Positions 37,201 to 46,665 of a stretch of 64,000 bases of DNA are shown here, piece by piece; the stretch's first letter is position 1, and every line of letters begins with the position of its first letter. The translations under genes and the position numbers were made by a program. Below the pieces are notes generated by a model. That model saw only the letters and a program-made list of their open reading frames with translations. It made no database searches and was not told the DNA's origin. Where the stretch lies: assembly GCA_965216755.1 (NCBI GenBank), contig CBDCGL010000011.1, positions 4,736,001-4,800,000 of the forward strand, written 5' to 3'. This DNA comes from Alphaproteobacteria bacterium (GTDB lineage Bacteria; Pseudomonadota; Alphaproteobacteria; UBA7887).

Positions 37201-37544
37201 GGGAGCTTCTCGGACAGGAAGTTGTGCCGAATGGCCGGCGTTTCGGTCGGGTTGTCCAAGCAGCCAACATGGATGACGACTTCATCCGGCCGCTCGTCAA
37301 ACCGAAATGTCAGCGCGCTACCGCATTTGCGACAAAAACCGCGCGTTGCAAAGTCGGTGACCCTGATCGTGCTGATCGCGTTGCCTTGCCACGTCACGTT
37401 TTTGGTGTCAAAAGCCGCCAAGGTGGCGACGGCGGCGCCCGTGGCTTTTCGACATTGTAAGCAGTGGCAATGAGAAACACGCTTGGGCTTCTGCGCAATC
37501 GCCACGCGGATTGCGCCGCACAAACAGCCGCCCTCAAACGTCAT
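37131..37544 (-). CDS. GFA family protein
   Basis: GGCLCGA, CHC..CRK, RGFC..CGS; RBS GAGGAG. Confidence 0.9.
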   Translation of the reverse strand: MTFEGGCLCGAIRVAIAQKPKRVSHCHCLQCRKATGAAVATLAAFDTKNVTWQGNAISTIRVTDFATRGFCRKCGSALTFRFDERPDEVVIHVGCLDNPTETPAIRHNFLSEKLPWLTIDPHLPGKQSWWNPPKLRV

Positions 37545-37764
37545 GTCCACCCTCCTCAGCGTATGCGGCAGTCGTTCGTTCGACGCACAATATCTTGTTC
37601 GGTTCCGTCGTCGAGAAATGAATTGAAATGCCGGGTGAGTCGCCGAGCGACGCACAGAAAAGACAACGAAAAATGTGCTCGATTCTGCCAACGGCGCGGG
37701 TCCGCCGCCGCCACGATGCGGCGATGGTGGTGCAAATCAGCCAAATGGTTGATTTCCAACGGAT

Positions 37765-39285
37765 ATGGGTACAAAAATAGGATGTCATCGCGTCTTGGAT
37801 GGGGCGATGTTATGTGTGCGCTGTATCGGATGCGACGTGACGGATATTGATACGACCAAAAGGACACGAGCGGTCAAGCTGCTAATTGGCGCGTGTATGG
37901 GACTGCTCGTACTTGGATGCGCAAAGCACAGCTATGTGCCAGAGCCGGTAGATGTAGTTGATATTGTTGGTCTATTTGGCGAAAGGTCACTGGAAAACGC
38001 GGATCTGCAAGGGTTCATGGCCGACCATGGTGCCGGGGACGATCACTGGCCCAAGGGAAGTTGGGACCTCTCGGCATTGACGTTGGCCGCAATCTATTAT
38101 GATCCCGAACTGTCGGTGGCGCGGGCCGCTTGGCAGGCCGAGCGCGCAGCGGAGATCACGGCCGGGCAGAGATCCAATCCGAATGTCAGCCCGGAAGTCG
38201 CCTATAGTGGCGACACGGCACCGCGCGAGGATTCGCCCTGGAGCGCCGGCTTCGTTGTGTCGGTCCCGGTGCCCTGGGCGGACAAGCGCACGCCGCGCAT
38301 AGACCGTGCGCTGGCGCGTGCCGAACAGGCACGTTTCGAGGTGGCTGCAACCGCTTGGCGCGCGCGCCAACGCGTACGCCGCGCCATGCTTTCTTGTTAT
38401 GAAGCTGAACGAAATCACGAGCTATTGAGGGAGGAACTGGACCGTCAAGAGGCGGAGTTGGCGGTTTATCAGGCTTTGCAGAGTGCCGGCGAGATTGGTT
38501 TGGCGCTAGTCGCCGAGGCGCGCGGACGGCGCCACGAAATCGCCTTGGCGTTGGCGGAGACCGACGGGGCGCGACAGACATGTCGGGCTCGACTGGCCGA
38601 TGCACTGGCGGTGCCGTTTCCGGTGACCCGGGATCTGACGTTGGATTTTGACTCGTTTGTATCTCAGCCGGACCTAGTCGGGCGCAATGATCTGCGGCAA
38701 CGCTCGCTGATCAACCGTCTCGATGTGCGCGGTGCCGTTGCCGGCTATCGCGCCGCCGAAGCGGCATTGCGCCTTGAGATTGCACATCAATATCCGGATT
38801 TGACTTTCTCGCCGGGGATCTTGTGGGACCAGGGCAGCCTGGTCTGGAGCCTTGGGGCGACGGTTTGGCTTGCCATTGCGAATCGTAATGAAGGACCCAT
38901 AGCGGAAGCAGAGGCGGCGCGCCGTCTCGCCGCCGAAAAACTGGCGGCTACGCAAACACGGGCGCTGACCGACCTGTCGACCACCAGCGAAGCGTATCGC
39001 GCCGCAATCCGAACTGCGTCCAATGCCGCGAATTTGGTGTCTGAAGCGCGCGACAGGCGTGGCGCGGTTGAGAAACGGTTCGCGCATGGCGATGTGAGTC
39101 AACTTGAGCGCATTCGCGCCGACCTTGAACTGATTCGAGCGCGACGGGCACAACTGGAAAAGGACATTGCGGTGATCCACGCGTTGGGCGCGCTGGAAGA
39201 CGTTGTTCAAAAGCCGCTGAACGGCGACCCGCAGATCCCGGGCGAACTTGAAAATGCGCTGACGGCGTCGGTGCTGGGCCAATGA
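37765..39285 (+). CDS. TolC-family outer membrane efflux lipoprotein
   Basis: Lipobox VLGC, NP, QYPD, NRNEGPIAEAEA; true start likely downstream. Confidence 0.85.
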   Translation: MGTKIGCHRVLDGAMLCVRCIGCDVTDIDTTKRTRAVKLLIGACMGLLVLGCAKHSYVPEPVDVVDIVGLFGERSLENADLQGFMADHGAGDDHWPKGSWDLSALTLAAIYYDPELSVARAAWQAERAAEITAGQRSNPNVSPEVAYSGDTAPREDSPWSAGFVVSVPVPWADKRTPRIDRALARAEQARFEVAATAWRARQRVRRAMLSCYEAERNHELLREELDRQEAELAVYQALQSAGEIGLALVAEARGRRHEIALALAETDGARQTCRARLADALAVPFPVTRDLTLDFDSFVSQPDLVGRNDLRQRSLINRLDVRGAVAGYRAAEAALRLEIAHQYPDLTFSPGILWDQGSLVWSLGATVWLAIANRNEGPIAEAEAARRLAAEKLAATQTRALTDLSTTSEAYRAAIRTASNAANLVSEARDRRGAVEKRFAHGDVSQLERIRADLELIRARRAQLEKDIAVIHALGALEDVVQKPLNGDPQIPGELENALTASVLGQ

Positions 39286-40427
39286 TCAAGTCGCGGCTGT
39301 CATGGCTGGCCTTGCCGATTGTCGCCGCCGTTGGCTTTGGCCTGGTCTGGTTCTGGTTCGGCGATTTCGATCGCGATATGCCTATCCACCCCGTCGCGGG
39401 CGAACGCACCGATCTGTCGGGTGCGGCGCTGGCCGACGACGATGACGACGATCCTTCTGCACAGGCTCTCGGCGATGATGATGACGACGATGACCGGCCC
39501 CAGCGCATCGAAGTGGTCGACGGCGTTGTCACCGTGGCGCTTGATGCGGCGACCCAAACACTTGGCGGTGTTCAGAGCAAGATCTTGGCGCCCGCCGACT
39601 ATATTGCCGAAGATTTGGGCTGGGGGCGGGTCATCAATTTGGATTCGCTTTTTGCACTACGGGCCGATTATGTGGCCCACGCGTACCAAGCTCGGACCGT
39701 CGAGGCCCAGCTGGCATATGCCGAGACGGAATACGCACGGCTGAAGGCCCTTTATGAAGACGATGCCAACATCGCCATGAAACAAGTGATGGAGGCCCAA
39801 GCATCGCAAACCATGTTGGTGGCCGAAAGAGACCGCCTGTGGTCGATACTCAATGCGACGCGCGATCGCGCGACGCAAAACTGGGGCAAGACCATTGCCG
39901 AATGGGCGCTTGGTAGTGAATCAGAGGTTTGGCGTAAGTTGGCGCGCCGGAGCCATGTGCTGGTTCGCGCGACGTTTCCCACCGTTGGAAGCGCCGCACG
40001 CGATTCGCGTGGGGCCGAAGCGGCTCCGGCCGGTCGTCGGGACTTGGTCCGCGAGGCCGTATTCATTTCAGAGGCGGTCGATAGTGATCCGCAACTGCCT
40101 GGCGAAACGTACTACTACTTGGTTGAAGCAGACCGTCTGCGCACCGGAATGCCGATCGATATTTGGATAGCGCGAACAGATAAACGCCGAGAAGGCACGA
40201 TTGTTCCAGAATCGGCCGTAGTGTGGTCACTCGGCCAGGCGTGGGCGTACGTCAAGATCGATCCGGAGCGTTTCGCCCGGCGCCCTGTGACAACACGGGA
40301 CAGGGTTGGCGATGGCTGGTTTGTCGAGGCGGGATTAGCGCCTGGCGAGGCGATTGTCGTCGATGGCGCACAGACATTGTTTGCCGAAGAATTCCGTTGG
40401 CAGATCCAAGACGAAGACGCGGACTAG
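39282..40427 (+). CDS. RND membrane fusion protein with poly-Asp tracts
   Basis: TM anchor, VP.SAVV, GL..GE.IVV.GAQ.L..EE. Confidence 0.85.
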   Translation: MIKSRLSWLALPIVAAVGFGLVWFWFGDFDRDMPIHPVAGERTDLSGAALADDDDDDPSAQALGDDDDDDDRPQRIEVVDGVVTVALDAATQTLGGVQSKILAPADYIAEDLGWGRVINLDSLFALRADYVAHAYQARTVEAQLAYAETEYARLKALYEDDANIAMKQVMEAQASQTMLVAERDRLWSILNATRDRATQNWGKTIAEWALGSESEVWRKLARRSHVLVRATFPTVGSAARDSRGAEAAPAGRRDLVREAVFISEAVDSDPQLPGETYYYLVEADRLRTGMPIDIWIARTDKRREGTIVPESAVVWSLGQAWAYVKIDPERFARRPVTTRDRVGDGWFVEAGLAPGEAIVVDGAQTLFAEEFRWQIQDEDAD

Positions 40428-40430
40428 GGC

Positions 40431-43400
40431 GTGCTATCCGCTCTCGTCGGCGCTTCCATTCGCCACTATCAGGTTGTCATCGCGCTGACATTCTTGTTTC
40501 TGGGCTACGGTGTCTATCGGGTATTAAACGCCAGCCTCGATATTTTTCCTGAGTTCTCGCCCAAGCTTGTCATCGTGCAAACCGAAGCGCCAGGGCTTAC
40601 GGCCGAACAAGTCGAAGCCTTGGTGACCTTGCCAATTGAAGGCGCGGTCGGCGGTTTGACAGACCTTGAGAGCGTGCGTTCGCAATCCATCCAAGGTCTG
40701 TCAGTTGTCACACTGACTTTTGATGATCGAACAGACCTGTTTCGCGACCGGCAATTTGTTGCTGAGCGTCTGTCGCTGTTGGCGGATCAGCTACCCGAAG
40801 GCATCGGACCACCTGTGATTGTGCCGCTGAGTTCGTCGTCTGGAACAGTCATGACGATTGGCCTTACATCAAAGACGTTGGACCAAAGCGAAATTCGCGC
40901 CTTGGCCGATTGGACGCTGGTTCCACGTTTGATCAGTGTGACAGGTGTTGCCGACGTCAATACATTCGGTGGCGTGCAGCGGCAGCTACAGGTCCAATTT
41001 GATCCCGAACGCATGCGGCGCCATGCTGTCGATGTCTCTGATGTTGTCGCTGCGGCCCGTGGCGCGATCGGAGTCGGCGGCGCCGGGTTTGTCGACAGCG
41101 GCAATCAGAGAATCGACATTCGGGCGGCTGGCTTTCCGCAAACGGCCGAAATGGTTGCCGGTATTGTTTTGCGACATGGAGCGGATGCGGCCCTCACGCT
41201 AGGCGATGTTGCCCAGGTTCGCTATGCCGCGGCACCAGCCATTAGTCGCGCAACCGTTCGCGGCGAACCGGCGGTTGTCATGATGATTATCGGCCAATAC
41301 CAGGCCAACACGCTGGCGGTCACACAGAACATTGAAGCCGCGCTGGCGGAATTGGAGCCGGTCTTTTCACGCCATGACGTAACACTACATCCAGATATTT
41401 TTCGACCAGCGAACTATATCGAGAAGTCGCTAGAAAACATCACCGGTCATTTGCTGGTTGGCGCCGTGCTGGTGATTTTGGTGCTGTTCATTTTCCTTTT
41501 CAATATGCGCAGCGCTCTGATTTCGGCGATGGCAATTCCGATATCCCTGTTGGCGGCGACGGTGGCGCTCATCGAGGCCGGAGTCAGCATTAACATCATG
41601 GTACTTGGTGGCTTGGCCATTGCCTTGGGCGAAGTGGTCGACGACTCGATCATCGATACCGAGAACATTTTTCGACGTTTACGTGAGAACAGCCGTGCGG
41701 CCGAGCCGGCTTCCCCCATGAGAATTGTCTATGACGCGTCCATGGAAGTTCGCGCTTCAGTGGTATACGCGAGCTTCATCGTGTCGCTTGTCTTCGTCCC
41801 ATTGTTGACGATCAGCGGAGTCGCGGGGCGGATGTTCGCGCCGCTCGGAATTGCTTATATCGTCGCAATTATTGCATCACTGGTTGTTGCCGTGACGGTA
41901 ACGCCGGCTTTGTGCACCGCTCTTTTGGCGCGCTCTACTCTAAGTGACCGAGACCCGCCTCTGATACGTGTGATGGGCCCGCGCTTCGCGGCAATGTTGC
42001 GAGCCATCGGCAAGTGGGGGCGGCTTGCGATCGCAACGGTGATGATTGTGTGCGGTATCGGGATTGCCGTTTTGCCGACACTGGGCAGTAGTTTTCTGCC
42101 GCCGTTGCGCGAGGGGCACTACATGATTCATACCTCCAGCGTGCCTGGCACGTCACTCGCCGAAACCATTCGGGTGGGAAATCAGATCACATCCGCCGTG
42201 CTAGAAATTCCTGGGGTCAGAACCATGTCGCAGTGGGCCGGGCGGGCGGAGCGCGGCGCGGACACTTTTGGAACCCACTATGCCGAGTACGAAGTCGACC
42301 TGGATGCCTGGTCGGGGCGAGAACAACAAGCGATTCTCGATCGCATTCGGGCAATCCTATCGACTTTTCCCGGAATCGTCGAAGAAGTTAATACGTTCTT
42401 GGTTGAGCGCATCGAGGAGACGATTTCAGGCTACACGGCACCTGTCGTCATCAATCTTTATGGCCAGGAATTGGAAGTTCTCGACCGTGTCGCCTTGGAG
42501 GTGGCCGCGGTGACACGAACGGTGAGCGGGGCGGCGGAAGTGCAAGTTCGGGCTTTGCCGGGTACGCCGGTGGTCGAGATCGTCGGTCGCCCGGAGGCTC
42601 TTACGCGGTACGGCTTGCGTCCGGCCGATGTGACGAACGTCGGGCGCGCAGCATTCGCCGGCGTTCACGTCGGGACAATTTATGACCAGGGTCGTGGCGT
42701 GGAAATGGCCGTGATCCTCGATCCAGAGTTGAGGCGACATCCCGACCAAATCGCACAATTGCCGATTCGTGCCGCAAACCACCAGATGCTGTCACTTTCG
42801 CATGTCGCTGAAATCCGACATGTGAGCGGGCGCTACGCGATTCTGCACGAGGACGGCCGGCGCCTGCAAACGATTACGGCACAAGTGGTGGGCCGTGATC
42901 TTGGATCTTTCATGGCGGAGTTGCGGCGCGCTCTAGAGCAAGAGGTCGCTTTGCCAGTGAATATGTACTTGCATTTCGCCGGATCCGCGGTCGCTCAAGC
43001 AGAATCGCGGCGCTCCTTGATCGCGAACGCCCTATTTGCCGGCGGTGGCGTCGTCCTGCTTTTGTTCATGGCGGTCGGCAGCGTGCGAAACGCCATCTTG
43101 GTGCTGGTCAACCTGCCGTTTTCCCTTGTTGGCGGCGTCGCCGCTGCCATCTGGATGGGTGGTGTACTGTCGATTGGATCGCTAGTGGGATTTGTGACGC
43201 TGTTTGGCATAACGGTCCGCAATGCCATTATGCTTGTGTCACACTATCAACACATGGTGGCCATCGAAGGAAAGATTTGGTCGACTGAAACGGCGATCCA
43301 AGGCGCGCGCGAACGGCTCCCCTCGATATTGATGACCGCCTTGGTGACCGGTTTGGCGCTGGTGCCCATCGCAATTGACAGCGACAACCCCGGTCGTGAA

Positions 43401-43544
43401 ATCATGGGGCCCATGGCCGCAATTATTATTGGTGGTTTGATCTCGTCGACCGTCCTGACTTTATTGCTGTTGCCGACGATCATGGCACGATATGGGCGGT
43501 TTCGGCCTCCTGACGCAGAGGCGATGCAGATCCGAAAAGCTTAG
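40431..43544 (+). CDS. CzcA/CusA-family RND permease
   Basis: DIFPEF, TEAPG...E.VE.LVT.PIE, GEVVDD.IID.EN, ERL..ILMTAL. Confidence 0.92.
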   Translation: MLSALVGASIRHYQVVIALTFLFLGYGVYRVLNASLDIFPEFSPKLVIVQTEAPGLTAEQVEALVTLPIEGAVGGLTDLESVRSQSIQGLSVVTLTFDDRTDLFRDRQFVAERLSLLADQLPEGIGPPVIVPLSSSSGTVMTIGLTSKTLDQSEIRALADWTLVPRLISVTGVADVNTFGGVQRQLQVQFDPERMRRHAVDVSDVVAAARGAIGVGGAGFVDSGNQRIDIRAAGFPQTAEMVAGIVLRHGADAALTLGDVAQVRYAAAPAISRATVRGEPAVVMMIIGQYQANTLAVTQNIEAALAELEPVFSRHDVTLHPDIFRPANYIEKSLENITGHLLVGAVLVILVLFIFLFNMRSALISAMAIPISLLAATVALIEAGVSINIMVLGGLAIALGEVVDDSIIDTENIFRRLRENSRAAEPASPMRIVYDASMEVRASVVYASFIVSLVFVPLLTISGVAGRMFAPLGIAYIVAIIASLVVAVTVTPALCTALLARSTLSDRDPPLIRVMGPRFAAMLRAIGKWGRLAIATVMIVCGIGIAVLPTLGSSFLPPLREGHYMIHTSSVPGTSLAETIRVGNQITSAVLEIPGVRTMSQWAGRAERGADTFGTHYAEYEVDLDAWSGREQQAILDRIRAILSTFPGIVEEVNTFLVERIEETISGYTAPVVINLYGQELEVLDRVALEVAAVTRTVSGAAEVQVRALPGTPVVEIVGRPEALTRYGLRPADVTNVGRAAFAGVHVGTIYDQGRGVEMAVILDPELRRHPDQIAQLPIRAANHQMLSLSHVAEIRHVSGRYAILHEDGRRLQTITAQVVGRDLGSFMAELRRALEQEVALPVNMYLHFAGSAVAQAESRRSLIANALFAGGGVVLLLFMAVGSVRNAILVLVNLPFSLVGGVAAAIWMGGVLSIGSLVGFVTLFGITVRNAIMLVSHYQHMVAIEGKIWSTETAIQGARERLPSILMTALVTGLALVPIAIDSDNPGREIMGPMAAIIIGGLISSTVLTLLLLPTIMARYGRFRPPDAEAMQIRKA

Positions 43545-43590
43545 TTGGTCGTTATACGGTCAATGCAAATGGTCGAGTTCACCTGGCGTT

Positions 43591-43627
43591 TGGCCCCGGC
43601 TGAGCGATGGCGGGGTGGCCGGGGCCA
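43591..43627. terminator. Hairpin between convergent genes
   Basis: TGGCCCCGGC...GCCGGGGCCA inverted repeat. Confidence 0.45.
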
Positions 43628-43661
43628 TACGCCGGTGATGGCTACCAGCGCAATCGAATGC

Positions 43662-43907
43662 TTACTCCGCGCTGCAAGGATTGCAGGGGTTCTCAGCGTC
43701 GGCTGCAGCGGCGCACGGATTTTCGGCATCCGCGGACGCGGCGCAGGGATTTTCGGCGTCGGCCGCGGCGGCGCTACAGGCGCCACACGGGGTGGCTTCG
43801 TCCTGGGCAACGGCCATTTGACCCATGCTCAGACCGGCGACCATGGCCAGCGGCAAAACGGTTCCGGTCAATAGGCGGCCGCGCGTGGACTTCAAGATAG
43901 GCTTCAT
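43662..43907 (-). CDS. Small secreted Cys-rich protein with ADAENPC repeats
   Basis: RBS GAGGA, signal peptide ending AVA, CGAC, three 10-aa repeats, NPCNPC end. Confidence 0.75.
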   Translation of the reverse strand: MKPILKSTRGRLLTGTVLPLAMVAGLSMGQMAVAQDEATPCGACSAAAADAENPCAASADAENPCAAAADAENPCNPCSAE

Positions 43908-44144
43908 GGAACGATTCCTCCTGTCCCTCGTTTTGGTCGTTCGCCGCATCTGCCTGTTATGTTGTATGCGGCGCTGTGGTGAGCCGGAATAAACCAGATA
44001 ATGGTTTGACTTGGTGTGGTATTTCTAAGACAAGAATTGGCTGACTTGGCACGACGACGGTGCCGTAGTCGAGGCCCGAATACTGGTGTTGAGCGAAGAG
44101 TTTTGCTATTTGCCGTTTGGCACGGAACCATGGGGACCAAATGA

Positions 44145-44438
44145 ATGGCGGTGCGTATCTATCAACCGGCCAAGACAGCCATGCAATCGGGGCAGCGCAA
44201 TATGCGTGGTTGGGTGTTGGAGTTCGAACCTCGATCGCGCCGCACGATTGACGATTTGATGGGCTGGACGAGTTCGGCGGACACACCGCAACAGTTGCGG
44301 CTCAGCTTTCCGACGGAAGATGCGGCGGTTGATTTTGCGCGTCGCAACGGGCTGGACTATCATGTCGCGCGGCCGCAGCGTCGTAGACCCAAGCAAAAAT
44401 CCTATGCGCACAATTTTCGCTTTGATCGGGTCGAATAG
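44145..44438 (+). CDS. ETC complex I subunit (NDUFS4-like)
   Basis: RIY.PAKTAMQSG, W.LEF, LMGWTSS.D...Q..L.F, SYA.NF. Confidence 0.92.
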   Translation: MAVRIYQPAKTAMQSGQRNMRGWVLEFEPRSRRTIDDLMGWTSSADTPQQLRLSFPTEDAAVDFARRNGLDYHVARPQRRRPKQKSYAHNFRFDRVE

Positions 44439-44493
44439 CGATGTTGACCACTCGTGGTGAAGTTTTCACCGTGCGAGTCATGTCACAAGTCAC

Positions 44494-44570
44494 GCGCCCG
44501 TAGCTCAGCTGGATAGAGCACGAGCCTTCTAAGCTTGGGGTCGCAGGTTCGAGTCCTGCCGGGCGCGCCA
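44494..44570 (+). tRNA. tRNA-Arg (TCT)
   Basis: GCGCCCG acceptor, TAGCTCAGCTGGATAGAGC D arm, CTTCTAA loop, GGTTCGAGTCC, CCA end. Confidence 0.97.
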
Positions 44571-44580
44571 CCTTGTTTCC

Positions 44581-45882
44581 GGTCCAGCCCGGAGACATAG
44601 GTAACAGTTTGTACCTAGGACATGGGTGACAACCACGCGCCGAACGGGTTGTCGAGGGGTTGCAGGGTTCTCTGTTCAAGATCGACGTAACCGAGATCAT
44701 AGTGCATGAAGCTGACGAGCCAAATGGCGTCGTCAACTTCCTTGATGCCGAGCCTTTGCCCCGCGAGCACGGTTGAGACATTGATTTTTTTGCGGTGCAA
44801 GCAGATGCGGCCGCAATTGGTAACCAGGATGTCGCGATCGTGAAAGGGGTAGGCGAGCTCTGGGACGCCGGTATAGGGCCGGGTTGAGGGTTTGTAGACC
44901 TCGTCTGGTGGTTTCATGTCCAGGGCCTGGTGGGGTCGTTCCGTGTTGAATTCGTCAACGAAGGCATCGAAGCGTGCTTGCTGCTGCAGGCTGTTCATGC
45001 CGGGCGGCCGTGTGGCTTCCTTTTTCAAAGTAAGGTGGAGGCGCTCGTGTCGGCCATTTTCTTGGGGATGGCCTGGTTTGATGCGCTCGACCTGAATGCC
45101 GAGGCGTAGCCACCAGACGGAGAGCTTGGAGAGATTGAACAAGCCGTTGGGGCTGGCGAAGGGTACGCCATTGTCCGATCTGATGGCGGCGGGCAGGCCA
45201 CGTTCAGCAAACAGGCGTTCGAAGGCGGTGAGAGTGAGATCTTGCTTTGTCGACTCGAGAGCTTCGCACATCAGGACGAAGCGCGAGGCATGGTCGGTAA
45301 CGGTCAAGGGGTAACAATACCGCCGGTTGCCGAGTCTGAACTCGCCTTTGAAGTCGGTGCACCACAAATCATTGGGTGCGGTGCCAGCGGACAGGGGTGT
45401 GCCTTTGGCTCTTCGGCGGGGCCGGCCTTTGCGTTTGACCAGGCCGTGCCGGTCGAGGACGGCATGAACGGTACTTTGGGCTGGGATGCGGACATCCCCG
45501 GCCAGGCGGCGGACGAGCAGCTCACGGATCTTGCGTGCGCCCCAATGGGGTTTCTCCTTTTTGAAGCGGATGATCAGGCTTTCGATCTGTGCCGGCAATT
45601 GGTTGGCATAGCGAACCGGCCGGCGGGAGCGGTCGCAGAGGGCTTCGAGCCCGTGCTCCTTGTAGCGATTGTAGATTTTGTAGCCTGTCTTGCGCGAGAT
45701 GCCGAACTGACGGCAGACATCGCTCATTGGCTCGCCCTCTAACAGGCGGGCGACAAAACGTAGACGTTCTTCCATGACCGAACTCTCTTTCCACGGCATC
45801 AACACCTCCGGCCCCACGAATTCGGCCAAAAGTGTTACCCATGTGTCCGGTACAAAACGTCACCTATCTCTCAGGTCGGTCA
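44581..45882 (-). mobile_element. IS481-family insertion sequence
   Basis: ~50-bp imperfect terminal inverted repeats with internal ATAGGT.AC/ATGGGT.ACA subrepeats; no clear target duplication. Confidence 0.85.
44615..45799 (-). CDS. IS481-family DDE transposase
   Basis: MPWKE, ISRKTGYK HTH, W..DFKG, SDNG.PF, PQENG.HER. Confidence 0.92.
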   Translation of the reverse strand: MPWKESSVMEERLRFVARLLEGEPMSDVCRQFGISRKTGYKIYNRYKEHGLEALCDRSRRPVRYANQLPAQIESLIIRFKKEKPHWGARKIRELLVRRLAGDVRIPAQSTVHAVLDRHGLVKRKGRPRRRAKGTPLSAGTAPNDLWCTDFKGEFRLGNRRYCYPLTVTDHASRFVLMCEALESTKQDLTLTAFERLFAERGLPAAIRSDNGVPFASPNGLFNLSKLSVWWLRLGIQVERIKPGHPQENGRHERLHLTLKKEATRPPGMNSLQQQARFDAFVDEFNTERPHQALDMKPPDEVYKPSTRPYTGVPELAYPFHDRDILVTNCGRICLHRKKINVSTVLAGQRLGIKEVDDAIWLVSFMHYDLGYVDLEQRTLQPLDNPFGAWLSPMS

Positions 45883-45921
45883 CCGAAAATACCACGCCCA
45901 GTTTAAGAGTATTCGGACTTC

Positions 45922-45939
45922 GTCCTGTGGGGCGCGCCA
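45922..45939 (+). repeat. att-like copy of tRNA-Arg 3' end
   Basis: GTCCTGTGGGGCGCGCCA vs GTCCTGCCGGGCGCGCCA (16/18). Confidence 0.55.
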
Positions 45940-46665
45940 TATTTCAGTAACCGAAGGAGTTTCGGTGTCGTTCCTTGAATTTTGGATCAGTTTTCGTTCA
46001 AACGACTCAGTTTGAACGGAGGTTGAGCTAGCCGCGCGGTCGACCGGCTACGGAGCGTTGTCCGATCGGCAAACAGGGAACCGTAGACGGCCAAAGCCGG
46101 CGCCAAGGCTTCTACGCTCGCCGAGGCCGCGGTGCAACTGTGCCGCGAGCACGCCAGGCTGGAAGATCCGACATTCGGGGCGCTGGTTGTGTTAGCGCTG
46201 GGAGCGGTTGAGGCGAAACGTAGATCGATCGTCCGCTGTTGGCGCCTCGACGGACCCAATCACCAACCAGATCATACGGTTAAGAATAGCCAGGACCAGA
46301 AAAGACCGTCTATCACTGATCATGGGAACCCAGGCTGCAGCTCTCAAAGGAAACGCGGAAACGACTGATCGGGGACCGCGTCTCACGATTTGCATCATGA
46401 CACGATGCCAGGCTCGTCCAAGTCTGGGTTCGCGGCGTGACGCCAAAACTGACAGAAGAGCGCCGGATGCTCCCACCTGGAGTGCTCAGGTCTACCGATG
46501 TTACCGGCGCGCTTCCAAACGGATGGATCTGGCCCGATACTCTGATTCGGTTCGTCCGGCATAAGTTGCTCGCGTAGCCGTTGAACGTGCGACCGACCGC
46601 GATATAGGCATCCGGCCGTTCTTGGTCGCGCACCGGTAACCGCCGTTCGACAGATGTGGCCACAA

